The position numbers and the translations under genes were made by a program. From positions 18,972,001 to 19,036,000 of the forward strand of contig OX597830.1 in the NCBI GenBank assembly GCA_951406725.2: a stretch of DNA of 64,000 nucleotides, given 5' to 3'. Shown here piece after piece: positions 39,350 through 52,044 of the stretch; the stretch's first letter is position 1; every line of letters begins with the position of its first letter. Source of the DNA: Octopus vulgaris. Taxonomy: Eukaryota. The notes beneath the pieces are model-generated. The model ran no database searches. It was not told the DNA's origin and saw nothing but the letters and a program-made list of their open reading frames with translations.

Positions 39350-39742
39350 CGCAGGAGTGGCTGTGTGGTAAGTAGCTTGCTAACCAACCACATGGTTCTG
39401 GGTTCAGTCCCACTGCATGGCATCTTGGGCAAGTGTCTTCTGCTATAGCCTCGGGCCGACCAATGCCTTGTGAGTGGATTTGGTAGACGGAAACTGAAAG
39501 AAGCCTGTCGTATATATGTATATATATATATATGTGTGTGTGTGTTTGTGTGTCTGTGTTTGTCCCCCTAGCATTGCTTGACAACCGATGCTGGTGTGTT
39601 TACGTCCCCGTCACTTAGCGGTTCGGTAAAAGAGATCGATAGAATAAGTACTGGGCTTACAAAGAATAAGTCCCAGGGTCGATTTGCTTGACTAAAGACG
39701 GTGCTCCAGCATGGCCGCAGTCAAATGACTGAAACAAGTAAA

Positions 39743-39745
<3 letters not shown>
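39347..39745 (+). mobile_element. SINE family A (tRNA-like head, internal (TA)n/(TG)n, GAAACAAGTAAAAGA tail), representative copy
   Basis: More than 15 copies, e.g. 6336-6738, 10316-12800 (split), 26815-27890, 30785-31165, 40925-41360, 44386-44970, 47036-47442, 48067-48486, 55888-56278, 59717-60112 and 61752-62170. Confidence 0.9.
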
Positions 39746-39773
<28 letters not shown>

Positions 39774-39989
39774 TGCTGGCAAAGATGTTTGCAGGTAGCG
39801 AACATAAAAATTTTTTACCTATAAGAAGAATATTAAATAAATGTACAACCCAGATGTGGATAATCTAGGACCTAGGTTTCGAACTTTTCAAATTATGTTT
39901 GTTAATGTAATGTATACTTTAACCTGATGGTGCTTTGTTTTACTGGGAAGCAATACTACTGGATTGCACTAATCAATAATCATATATAC

Positions 39990-40037
<48 letters not shown>

Positions 40038-40043
<6 letters not shown>

Positions 40044-40878
40044 AGATAGGGGTTGAAAATTCAACCCACCATGGGATAACATATATCCAATATACTGCTA
40101 GATAGGTACCCAACAAGACTAATACATAGATGTTAAAAATTGCCAAACAATCAGTTCATCTATTGTATTATATGTGTAAAGGTAATAATATTACCGTAAA
40201 TTAATACTACAAAATTAGAAAATGGAGAAACATACTTAAATCAATAAAACATCAACTATCAGATGATACCCAATCAATACTTTATTACGCCATTACATAT
40301 CAGTAAAGGCATTATACAAAATATACAGTAAATGTAAATAGACAAAGAGATATAAGTATAAAATTTCAAATATAATATGTAATTAAATCATATCTGACAG
40401 CTGTTTGCAGCAAGGGCAGTCATACCTCATTTAACCTATAAGCCATAAAGGCGGGTATAAATGAGGCATTAACAAGGATGCCCCACGGCCTCTTCAGAGA
40501 ATTAAATTTGTTATAATTGTGAAAAAATTGGAAAAAATTGTATATGGAAAAATAATTTTTTCACAATTATAACAAATTTAATTCTCTGAAGAGGCCGTGG
40601 GGCATCCTTGTTAATGCCTCATTTATACCCGCCTTTATGGCTTATAGGTTAAATGAGGTATGACTGCCCTTGCTGCCGAAACAGCTGTCAGATACGATTT
40701 AATTACATATTATATTTGAAATTTTATACTTATATCTCTTTGTCTATTTACATTTACTGTATATTTTGTATAATGCCTTTACTGATATGTAATGGTGTAA
40801 TAAAGTATTGATTGGGTATCATCTGATAGTTGATGTTTTATTGATTTAAGTATGTTTCTCCATTTTCTAATTTTGTAG

Positions 40879-40880
<2 letters not shown>
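40038..40880. mobile_element. Palindromic Penelope-like insert with inverted arms of about 325 bp
   Basis: 40206-40529 is nearly the perfect reverse complement of 40554-40879; each arm carries a hammerhead motif; (TA)n flanks. Confidence 0.85.
40583..40692 (+). ncRNA. Type I hammerhead ribozyme with extended stem II
   Basis: UCU-CUGAAGA-GGC...GCC-GAAA-CAGCUG-UC^-AGA; palindromic stem III; internal UGCCUCAUUUA/UAAAUGAGGUA helix. Stem I is short. Confidence 0.8.
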
Positions 40881-40920
<40 letters not shown>

Positions 40921-41154
40921 TTTCTTTTACTCTTCTACTTGTTTCAGTCATTTGACTGTGGCCATGCTGGAGCACTGCCTTTAGTCGAGCACATCGACCC
41001 CAGGACTTATTCTTTATAGGCCTAGTACTTATTCTATCGGTCTCTTTGGCCGAATCACTAAGTTATGGCAATGTAAATACACCACCATCGGTTGTCAAGC
41101 AATATTGGACAGACAAACACAGACACACAAACGTACACACACACAGACAGACAG

Positions 41155-41193
<39 letters not shown>

Positions 41194-41404
41194 CGATGGG
41201 CTTCTTTCAGTTTCCATCTACCAAATCCACTCACAAGGCTTTGGTTGGCCTGAGGCTGTAGTAGAAGACACTTGTCCAAGGTGCCATGCAGTGGGACTGA
41301 ACCTGGAATCATGTAGTTCGTATGCAAGCTACTTACCATACAGCCACTCCTACGCCTATATATATATATATATATAGGAAAAAAGCAACAAGAATGGATT
41401 AAAA

Positions 41405-41492
41405 TCTCGGTACGATCGTTTCGTACGAGGACATCTTTAATAAGCTACAAAAAATGCAGTGAATACAGATGGCTCGTACTCGTCAGCCGAAA
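41405..41492 (-). ncRNA. Type I hammerhead ribozyme (same family, minus strand)
   Basis: Reverse complement of the 43032-43119 motif. Confidence 0.9.
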
Positions 41493-43031
41493 AAACATCA
41501 GAGAATTCCCAAACATCAAAAGGGGTAGATACAAAAGAGGTTGTAAGATTAGCTGCATTGAAGAAAGTTCGATTCATGGAGATCCGATGAAAGGTTTTAA
41601 ACCTATAGAATTTATGCATGTCTACATATAGTTCATATTGAATATTTTGATCAAGTTGTGTGAAGAAATTTTCGGATACAGTCATGCAAAATTTCTGAAA
41701 ATCCGAGTAAGAGGCAAAGTGACTGCCATATCATGTAGAGGAAAGTCTGAGTAAAAGCATAGTGACTGTCATATCGTGTAGAGGAACAGATTGTTATTGA
41801 AATCTACAAGAATCGCAGATAAGTTCGATTTTTTGGAGATCCAATGAAAAAGTCTTGAACTTACAAAATATGTGTATGTCCTTATAGTTCATAATCCAGT
41901 TTTGTGGAGAGATTTAGGGTACAATCATGCGAAAAATATCAAGGAATCCGAATGAGAAGCAAAATGACAGTCTTATATTGTAGCGGTTCAGGTTGTTAAT
42001 GAAATTTTCAAGAATCACAGAAAGAGGAGGAAGGAGGTAGAAATTTAATCAGTTACTGCTATTTAAGCTGTCAAAGAGAAAGGAAAGGGGAAGCTAAGGG
42101 GATGGGCACAAGTTGATACTAACAAAAAAGTCTAAGTTTGTTTAGAACAAGATTCGAACTGAGGTTAACAATTTACTTCTTTATTTATAAATGTTACTAT
42201 TAATAGATTGTCAGGTTACAAAGAGGTCATTAGAAAGGAAAGAAAAATGGGGTTGTTTTTAAATGAAATTAAACAATTATATTATTATTATATTATAATT
42301 TTTTCTCTCTCTGATGGTACTATTTAATACTTATTGACTTAAATTATTTGATTTATTTCTATTGGACCATATTATTAATAAATTAAATTTTGCTCTATTT
42401 TTATCTCCAGTTCTTAGTCTATTTTTATCCCATTACAAATATTAGTTAGTTAAATCTCTTAATTTCTTTTACATTTTAAAAATTAATTCTGCTAATCCCA
42501 GACCTATCGTAGTGTATTGTGATGTGATATAATATATCAAAATAATATAATATAATATAGTGTAGTGTATTATAGTATAGTATAGTATAATAATATAATT
42601 GTTTAATTTCATTTAAAAACAACCCCATTTTTCTTTCCTTTCTAATGACCTCTTTGTAACCTGACAATCTATTAATAGTAACATTTATAAATAAAGAAGT
42701 AAATTGTTAACCTCAGTTCGAATCTTGTTCTAAACAAACTTAGACTTTTTTGTTAGTATCAACTTGTGCCCATCCCCTTAGCTTCCCCTTTCCTTTCTCT
42801 TTGACAGATTAAATAGCAGTAACTGATTAAATTTCTACCTCCTTCCTCCTCTTTCTGTGATTCTTGAAAATTTCATTAACAACCTGAACCGCTACAATAT
42901 AAGACTGTCATTTTGCTTCTCATTCGGATTCCCTGATATTTTTCGCATGAATCGAACTTTCTTCAATGCAGCTAATCTTACAACCTCTTTTGTATCTACC
43001 CCTTTTGATGTTTGGGAATTCTCTGATGTTT

Positions 43032-43119
43032 TTTCGGCTGACGAGTACGAGCCATCTGTATTCACTGCATTTTTTGTAGCTTATTAAAGATGTCCTCGTA
43101 CGAAACGATCGTACCGAGA
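43032..43119 (+). ncRNA. Type I hammerhead ribozyme (same family as 12410)
   Basis: Same motif as 12410-12497; predicted cleavage after GUA at 43113. Confidence 0.9.
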
Positions 43120-43276
43120 TTTTAATCCATTCTTGTTGCTTTTTTCCTATTTGTAATCACCCCACTTGTCGTATGGTTAACAGCATATAGATTTCCGGTG
43201 CATCCTAGTTAAGGACCATATTCATGTGAATTCTTTAGAATTCACTAGAATCTCAATTACTTAACTATATATATAT

Positions 43277-43904
43277 ATCATCATCATTTAGCGTCCGTTT
43301 TCCATGCTAGCATGGGTTGGACAGTTCAACTGGGGTCTGTGAAGCTGGAAGGCTTCATCAGGCCCAGTCAGATCTGGCAGTGTTTCTACGGCTAAATGCC
43401 CTTCTTAACGCCAACCACTCCGTGAGTGTAGTGGGTGCTTTTTACATGCCACCCGCACAGGTGTCAGACAGAGCTGGCAAACGGCCACGAACGGATGGTG
43501 CTTTTACGTGTCACCGGGACGGGGACCAGGCGAGGCTGGCAACGGACACGAACGGATGGTGCTTTTACGTGCCACCGACACGGAGGCTAGATGGGGCGGC
43601 GCCGGCAACGACCACGATCGGATGGTTCGCTTAACCACAGCTGCAATTCCCACTGATGTTGATCGACCTCAATTTGGTTCTGCTTTCTGATATATGAATT
43701 GATTTGGTTTAATTTTGATTTTGACTGTTCTCACTGGTCTTGCCGGGTCTTCTCACACACAGCATACTTCCATAGGTCTCGGTCTCTGGTCATTTCCTTG
43801 GTGAGACCTAAAGTTCGAAGGTCGTGCTTCACCACCTCGACCCAGGTTTTCCTGGGTCTACCTCTTCCACAGGTCCCCTCAACTGCCAGGGTGTGGCACT
43901 TTCG

Positions 43905-43905
<1 letters not shown>
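43277..43905 (-). mobile_element. 5'-truncated RTE-type LINE (ORF2 C-terminus, 3' UTR and (GAT)n tail)
   Basis: VEGTCGRGRPRKTWVEVVKHDL...RDRDLW is an RTE C-terminus. The same 3' end recurs at about 1620-1940, 4045-4303, 9083-9430, 23933-24100, 29078-29400, 53130-53383, 53815-54015 and 57236-57368. Confidence 0.85.
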
Positions 43906-43937
<32 letters not shown>

Positions 43938-44280
43938 CATTGTTAATATCCATTTTGTACATGTACAAGTCTGTGTGCACACACACACACACACACACAC
44001 ATTTATGTCATCATCATCATCATTTTTAACATCTAAATTTCCATGTTTGCATGGGTCAGAAAAAATTTGTTGAGACAAATTTGCTGTGGCTGGATGCCCT
44101 TCCTGTTGTCAACCCTTACACATATACTAGACTACTCTAGCATGACACTAGTAATTTACAAATGTCAGAGCCTTGTACCTACTCTCATTTTATATGTAAA
44201 CTACTCTACTTTGGAGTGACACAAGAATCATGAATTCATTCCAGTTCTAATGTTTCTGCCTTTCATGTTTTACCTTCCAG

Positions 44281-44374
44281 GTGTACAAGTTAACAATAAA
44301 TTTGTCCTTACTGGACACAAAGCACCTGTCTCTGTTTGTTGTTTTGCTCATCATAAAAACCTGCTGGCTTCGGG
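44281..44374 (+). CDS. WDSUB1: WDSUB1 exon 4
   Basis: tccag|GT...TCGGG|gtaagt; VQVNNKFVLTGHKAPVSVCCFAHHKNLLASG. This frame is not in the ORF track. Confidence 0.92.
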
Positions 44375-44731
44375 GTAAGTACATTACTCTTTTAATCTTT
44401 TACCTGTTTCAGTCATTTGACTGTGGCCATGCTGGAGCACTGCCTTTAGTCGAGCAAATCAACCCCCAGGACTTATTCTTTGTAAGCCTAGTACTTATTC
44501 TATCAGTCTCTTTTGCCGAACCGCTAAGTTATGGGGATGTAAACACACCAGCATCGGTTGTCAAGCGATGTTGGGGGGACAAACACAGACACACAAACAC
44601 ATACACACACACATACATATATATATATATACATATATATATCTTCACTTCCTTCCTGAGCGTCAAATAATACTTTAATTGTTCCACGTCCTCGCGTTGC
44701 TGTGTTTTTTTCTGTGTTTTCTTGTTTGGAT

Positions 44732-44795
<64 letters not shown>

Positions 44796-46752
44796 CACAT
44801 ACATATATACACATACATATATACGACGAGCTTTTTTCAGTTTCCGTCTACTAAATCCATTCACAAGGCTTTGGTTGACCTGAGGCTATAGTAGAAGACA
44901 CTTGCCAAAGGTGCCACACAGTGGAGCTGAACCCGGAACCATGTGGTTTGTAAGCAATCTACTTACCACAGTAAGACCAGTGGATTAGCAGAATTGATAG
45001 AGTGACAAGTGTGAGCCCTGTGAGTCAGAGTTGTTGTTCCAGTACATCTTCAGAGGCAACACCTTTTCCATTTTGTCTGCTGGGATCATGAGGTGGTTTG
45101 AGTTACAGGAAGCTGTATGTTCGACTTCTTAATATAAAGTTAGAAGAATAGGTATAAAAGACAAGTTTGTAAAAGTGGTAACTAGTTGTTGTTGCTATTG
45201 TTTCTGCATAATAAATTAGTCACATGTACTAAGAGCCAGGGAATAATCATTAAATGTTTCCCACTCAACAAAACGAACTCTTTCCATGTTAATTATTACA
45301 GGAAATAGCACTAATAGCCAGAACAACGAAAATAATCTTTTCTACTGTAGGCATAAAGCCTGAAACTTTCGGGAAGGGGGTTAGTCAATTAAATTGATCC
45401 CCAGTGCATAGCTGGAACTTATTTCATTAACCCCAAAAGAATGAAAGGCAAAGTCAGTCTCAGTGGAATTTGAACTCAGAACATAAAGACAGATGAAATG
45501 CCACTAAGGAGTTTGCTTGACGTGCTAACAATTCTGCCAACTCACCATCTTAGGACAATAGAAATAATAGGAAAGACAATAAGAATGACTTCAAATTTTG
45601 ACCCAAGGCCAGCAATTTCGGGGGTGGGGCTAAGTCAACTACATCAACCCCAGTGATCAACTGGTACTTATTTTATCGATTCCTAAAGGATGAAAGGTAA
45701 AGTAAACTTCAGCAGAGCAGAATTTGAATTCAGATCATGAAAATGGATGGAAAGCTGCTAAGCATTTTGCCCGGATTGATAACAATTCTGCCAGCTCGCT
45801 GCCTTAAGACAAAGAAAATAATAAGAAAGACAATAACAATATCAAAAGGAACTGTAGCAGGAGAAATTTATTTGTAAACAATATTATGAAATGTTGGAGT
45901 CAGCAGTTGTAGCGATAAAAATTTGTTGTTTTAACGGCAAGTTGTAAGATGTGAAAGATGGACAATGCATGAAGTTTTAAGAAAGTATTTATTTACCGTC
46001 ACGTTACAAATACCTTGCCTTGACGGGCAGGTTATGATAAATCCAAAAGCATGTGAAGTAAAGTTTGTATCCTCTTCATTGTTTAGTAGTAATTACGGAA
46101 AGAGATAGAATGATGTTGTAAGAGAACAGAATTAGAGCTAGTGAGAGTTGTAGGGTGTGGGAACGTTGTCTCACAGTTGCTGACAGTAAACTTCATTTCT
46201 TCTTCTGACTGGATGGTTTTTTTTATATTATTACCTGGCGCATGAGTGGCCTTTAGCAGAGCCCACGGTTTTGAACACATTTGGGCCAGGTCTTCATTGT
46301 GTTTGAGGAGAACTTCCTCTCTAGAAGTTATCCTTGGTCTTAAAGATCCTCGAAAGGTCACAGGCATAGTCCTTTCCTTCTCCAACAGAGCTATCATAAA
46401 AATAACAGACAGATCTCTAAAATCAGTGCTCCACTTTAATCATCACCATTACCACCACCATCACTACCACCACCCTCTGCATCATCATTGTCATCATCCT
46501 CATCATCATCATCATCACCACTACCACCATCATTATCATCATAATCATCATCATCATCATTGTCATTGTCCTTTTATGTTCATCTTCCATGTTGGCATGG
46601 GGTGGGTGATTTGATCAGGTCCAGCGAACCTGAGGACTGCATCATGCCTTGAAAACTAAGGTGATATGGGGCTTCATGTAACTTTCCTTTGAATTCCATT
46701 AGTAAAGTGGGCCTACAATTATTTTGTCTCTTTTTCTCTTTTATGTTTTCAG

Positions 46753-46786
46753 ATCCTTTGATAAAACTATAAGACTTTGGGACCCT
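46753..46786 (+). CDS. WDSUB1: WDSUB1 exon 5 (34-nt exon)
   Basis: ttcag|ATCC...CCT|gtaagt; SFDKTIRLWDP completes the WD40 repeat begun in exon 4. Confidence 0.88.
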
Positions 46787-48711
46787 GTAAGTTACCATTT
46801 ATTTCTTCAAATTCCGAAATAGAATATTTTGTTAGAGTCTGTTATTATTATTATTGTTATTTAGCCTCAGGTTAGGCAACATTCGGTAGACTTGTGATCT
46901 AAGACATTCCATTCATACCCAACCCATCTGGTTGTATTGTTTCTGTGTGTATGAATGGTTGTATTGGTTTGGTGTATATAAACCATAGTGCAGATGTGTA
47001 TAAATGCCTGTGAAGGTTCTGTGCCTGTAAATAGTTACTCTTTTACTTGTTTCAGTCATCTGACTATGGCCATGCTGGAGCACTGCCTTTAATCAAGCAA
47101 ATCGACCCCATGACTTATTCTTTGTAAGTCTAGTACTTATTTTATCAGTCTCATTTGCTGAACTGCTAAGTTACGGGGTTGTAAACACACCAGCATTGGT
47201 TGTCAGGCGATGTTGGAGGGACAAACACAGACACACAAACACACACACATATACATATATATGTATATACATATATACGACGGGCTTCTTTCAGTTTCTG
47301 TCTACCAAATCCACTCACAAGGCTTTGGTCGGCCCGAGGCTATAGTAGAAGACACTTGCCCAAGGTGCCACGCAGTGGGACTGAACCCGGAACCATGTGG
47401 TTAGTAATCAAGCTACTTACCACACAGCCACTCCTACGCCTATAGTTGTATAGGAGTGAAGGCATATGGCTCAGTGGTTTAGGTATTCAGTTTTCTCTCA
47501 TAAGGTTCTGATTCTGGTTCCCAGTATTGCATTGTATCCGTGAGCAAGACACTTTATTTCATGTTGCTTCAGTTGTATCTGTAATTCAAAGGGCCGGCCT
47601 TCTTCCTGAGAACTACATTAAGAGTACACATATCTGTAGAGTTCACATAAATATCACAAGCTGGCTGCTCTGTTTATCAGATCAACCGGAACACTTGTCA
47701 CCATAACCGATGAAGTGCCAGTTGTGTAGGTTCGGTGATTATAAATACATTTGTATGTTGTGTATATTTATAAATGGTTGTTTACATTCTGACATATAAC
47801 TAATTGAATAGGTCCTCTATGTATATAAATAGTTGTATGTAATTAGTTGTCTATGTATGTAATTAGTTGTCTGGGTTCTGCGTTTATAAATGGTTTCACA
47901 GGGTCTACGTATGTATATAAATTTTTAGATATAAATTTATTTTGTTTACTTGAGAATAACTACTGACATTCTATTATTTATGATGATGAGGGTTCTAGTT
48001 CATCTGATCAACTGAAGAACCCACTCATAAAATTAACGTGCAAGTGGCTGAGTACTCCACAGACATACTCTTTTACTCTTTTACTTGTTTCAGTCATTTG
48101 ACTGCGGCCATGCTGGAGCACCGCCTTTAGTCGAGCAAATCGACCCCGGGACTTATTCTTTGTAAACCCAGTACTTATTCTATCGGTCTCTTTTGCTGAA
48201 CTGCTAAGTGACGGGGACGTAAACACACCAGCATCGGTTGTCAAGCAATGCTAGAGGGACAAACACAGACACACAAACATATACACACACACATACATAT
48301 ATATATATACATACATATATACGACAGGCTTCTTTTAGTTTCCGTCTACCAAATCCACTCACAAGGCTTTGGTCGGCCTGAGGCTATAGCAGAAGACACT
48401 TGCCCAAAATGCCACGCAGTGGGACTGAACCCAGAACCATGTGGGTGGTTAGCAAGCTACTTACCACACAGCCACTTCTGCGCCTGTATATCTTTAACAT
48501 AGTTCTCAGAGAGATTCAGTATGACACAGAATGTGACGAGGCCGGTCCTTTGAAATACCGGTACCATTCGTTTTGAGTGGACTGGAGCAACATGAACTAC
48601 AAATTTGCGAATAAATACATTTGTATAATGCATCTGATTCCTGGATGATGTTGTGAGAAAAGCTGATTGAGATGACTTCATTATTTATATTGTTTGTCTT
48701 CCATATTTCAG

Positions 48712-48752
48712 TCGGAAGGGCTGTGTATTCAAATACTTACCAGTCACACAAG
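48712..48752 (+). CDS. WDSUB1: WDSUB1 exon 6 (41-nt exon)
   Basis: ttcag|TCG...ACAAG|gtaagg; SEGLCIQILTSHTR, phase-compatible with both neighbours. Confidence 0.87.
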
Positions 48753-48820
48753 GTAAGGTTTGCTTTCTTTCTCTTACTACCGAGGGCATCTTCATCATCA
48801 TCATTGTTATATCATAGTCA

Positions 48821-49205
48821 GGAGGCGCAATGGCCCAGTGGTTAGGGCAGCGGACTCGCGGTCGTAGGATCGCGGTTTCGATTCCCAGACCGGGCATTGT
48901 GAGTGTTTATTGAGCAAAAACACCTAAAGCTCCACGAGGCTCCGGCAGGGATGGTGGTGATCCCTGCTGTACTCTTTCACCACAACTTTCTCTCACTCTT
49001 ACTTCCTGTTTCTGCTGTACCTGTACTTCAAAGGGCCGGCCTTGTCACTCTCTGTGTCACGCTGAATATCCCCGAGAACTACGTTAAGGGTACACATGTC
49101 TGTGGAGTGCTCAGCCACTTACACGTTAATTTCATGAGCAGGCTGTTCCGTTGATCGGATCAACCGGAACCCTCGTCGTCGTAACCGATGGAGTGCTTCC
49201 ACAAA
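48821..49205 (+). mobile_element. SINE family C (tRNA-like GGAGGCGCAATGGCCCAGTGG head), representative copy
   Basis: A box TGGCCCAGTGG and B box GTTTCGATTCC. Related copies at 3722-4029, 4605-4988, 17326-17622, 17879-18130, 22176-22475, 29670-29948, 30019-30605 and 54592-54845. Confidence 0.88.
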
Positions 49206-49606
49206 CAATATCATAGTCATCTTCATTGTTATTGTCATGATGATGATTTATTTTATCATTATTGTTATTTTATTCATGAATATCAAATCAGCACAGTCAC
49301 AGCTTTTATCATCACTGTCATATAACTTATTTTTGTTGTTATATTATCACATTAAACATTGTATTATCTGGGTAATATCATTATGTTTTTTTTTTTTTGT
49401 TATTGTCATTATTATCAACCTTTTGCTGTCATCATGAAAATTATTGCTGTTGTCACTGCCACTCATTGCTATCATTCAGGTTGTTGTCATAGTGGAAGTT
49501 AAAAAAGTTTATGCTGTCTGTTCTTTGTATTTTCCTTTGCTTGGCTTAAGCAGTTACATGATTTAAATCTTGTCAAACTACAATAAACTTTTTACATTAT
49601 ACAATA

Positions 49607-50716
49607 CCTATTTCTTTACTACCCACAAGGGGCTAAACACAGAGAGAACAAAAACAAAAGACAGACAAACGGATTAAGTCAATTATATCGACCCCAGTGC
49701 ATAACTGGTACTTAATTTATCGACCCCGAAAGGATGAAAGGCAAAGTCGACCTCGGTGGAATTTAAACTCAGAACGTAGCGACAGGCGAAATACCTATTT
49801 CTTTACTACCCACAAGGGGCTAAGCACAGAGAGAACAAAAACAATAGACAGACAAACGGATTAAGTCGATTATATCGACCCCAGTGCATAACTGGTACTT
49901 AATTTATCGACCTCGAAAGGATGAAAGGCAAAGTCGACCTCGGCGGAATTTGAACTCAGAACGTAACGGCAGACGAAATACGGCTACGTATTTTGTCTGG
50001 CGTGCTAACGTTTCTGCCAGCTCACCGCCTTTGGCAGACGAAATGCCTATTTCTTTACTACCCACAAGGGGCTAACACAGAGAGGACAAAAACAAGGACA
50101 GACAAACGGATTAAGTCGATTATATCGACCCCAGTGCATAACTGGTACTTAATTTATCGACCTCGAAAGGATGAAAGGCAAAGTCGACCTCGGCGGAATT
50201 TGAACTCAGAACGTAACGGCAGACGAAATACGGCTACGTATTTTGTCTGGCGTGCTAACGTTTCTGCCAGCTCACCGCCTTTGGCAGACGAAATGCCTAT
50301 TTCTTTACTACCCACAAGGGGCTAACACAGAGAGGACAAAAACAAGGACAGACAAACGGATTAAGTTGATTATATCGACCCCAATGCATAACTGGTACTT
50401 AATTTATTGAGCTCGAAAGGATGAAAGGCAAAGTCGACCTCGGCGGAATTTGAACTCAGAATGTAACAGCAGATGAAATACCTATTTCTTTACTACCCAC
50501 AAAGGGCTAAACACAGAGAGGACAAACAAGGACAGACACACGGATTAAGTTGATTATATCGACCCCAGTGCATAACTGGTACTTAATTTATCGACCCCGA
50601 AAGGATGAAAGGCAAAGTCGACCTCGGCGGAATTTGAACTCAGAACGTAACGGCAGACAAAATACGGCTACGCATTTCGCCTGGCGTGCTAACGTTTCTG
50701 CCAGCTCGCCGCCTTA
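49607..50716 (-). repeat. Head-to-tail array of five SINE-B units
   Basis: CCTATTTCTTTACTACCCAC recurs near 49607, 49793, 50047, 50297 and 50481. Confidence 0.92.
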
Positions 50717-51747
50717 TACAATATACAATACCACACAACACTGTGCCCTACATTACACTATGATGATGTCATACAGCAAAATACTGTACTGTATTCTGTA
50801 GTACACACCTCTGCTCTCTGCATCACACTGCAAAACCTCATACACCATTCTTCACCATACTTCACTATACAACCTATATATAAATACACACACACACACA
50901 CACACGCACACACATGCACACACACACACACACACACACACGCGCACACACATGCACACACACACACACACATTTCACTATGACGAAGCACCCACACACA
51001 GTTATTGGTGTGCAGCATTCAATTATATAATAATTATAAAGAATAATGGTTTTTGAATACAAGCTCAACCACTTAAAGAGCTGGTATGCAGTGCTGAAAC
51101 AAATGTTGTGATCTACCACTAAAGCCTGTTGTTCTCCATCTCCTCATGTTTTATTATCTTTATACATGTGTGTGTGTGCTTTTTATTTTATGTCCATTTC
51201 TTCCTGTTAGTATGGGTTAGAAGTTTATATTTATTGAGACACTATACTCATCTATGCTAATGAAAGGCATGCCTCTGGCCACTCAGGGATATTTCTCTTT
51301 GCTCATTTTTATTCCTGTTTTGTAAAGTACCTAGGCCATAGATGTGTACTACCTTTTTTTTTTTTTCTATATATATATCTGTGTCTTGTCTGCTAAAGAT
51401 AAGAGAGGACAATTGCTATGCTGATGATGCTTATTAAGGCAGAAACATATTTTCTCATCTGCAGTCATCTTCTTGTCTCCAGATAATGAAATACTTTTCC
51501 TTATTGGCACGTCAATTTTGGAGAAATTCTTTATTCTCGAGACAATCTCTTTTTCTCATTTGTAGTTGATATCAATTTGTACTAAGTGATTATTCTACCT
51601 TTTCTGGGAGCAGGGATAATTTCAGTAAATCAAGATCCTATCTTGTATAGTATTTAACACATCTTTATTTGTCCTTGTATGTATCTGTGCATGTGTGTCT
51701 CTCTCTCTCTCCTTCTGTCTGTCTCTGCCTGCCTGCCTGTCTGTCTC

Positions 51748-51819
<72 letters not shown>

Positions 51820-51985
51820 TTAAAGTGCATTATTTATGGGATGACCCAATATATATATATATACTACTAATATAGGATAAAATTTTTTTCAGAAAATATT
51901 TCATCAAAAGTGGCAGCACATTAAAATACCTATAAAGGTTAAAATTATAAACAGCTTATTATAAACAATTTATTTCTTATCGTAT

Positions 51986-52044
51986 TTTCTACTGAAGAGG
52001 GGAAAATCGATAGGATTAATCCCGAAATTGATTCAATATAGAAA
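51986..52044 (+). ncRNA. Type I hammerhead ribozyme
   Basis: UUUCUA-CUGAAGA-GGG...CCC-GAAA-UUGAUUCAA-UA^-UAGAAA; lies in an insert of about 350 bp between (TA)n tracts. Confidence 0.8.

Larger units (their letters stand above)
41377..43265. mobile_element. Second copy of the same Penelope-like family, as divergent inverted arms
   Basis: 41377-about 42292 is the reverse complement of about 11620-12527. About 42293-43148 matches 11336-12527 with an internal deletion at catga microhomology. Flanked by (TA)n. Confidence 0.9.
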
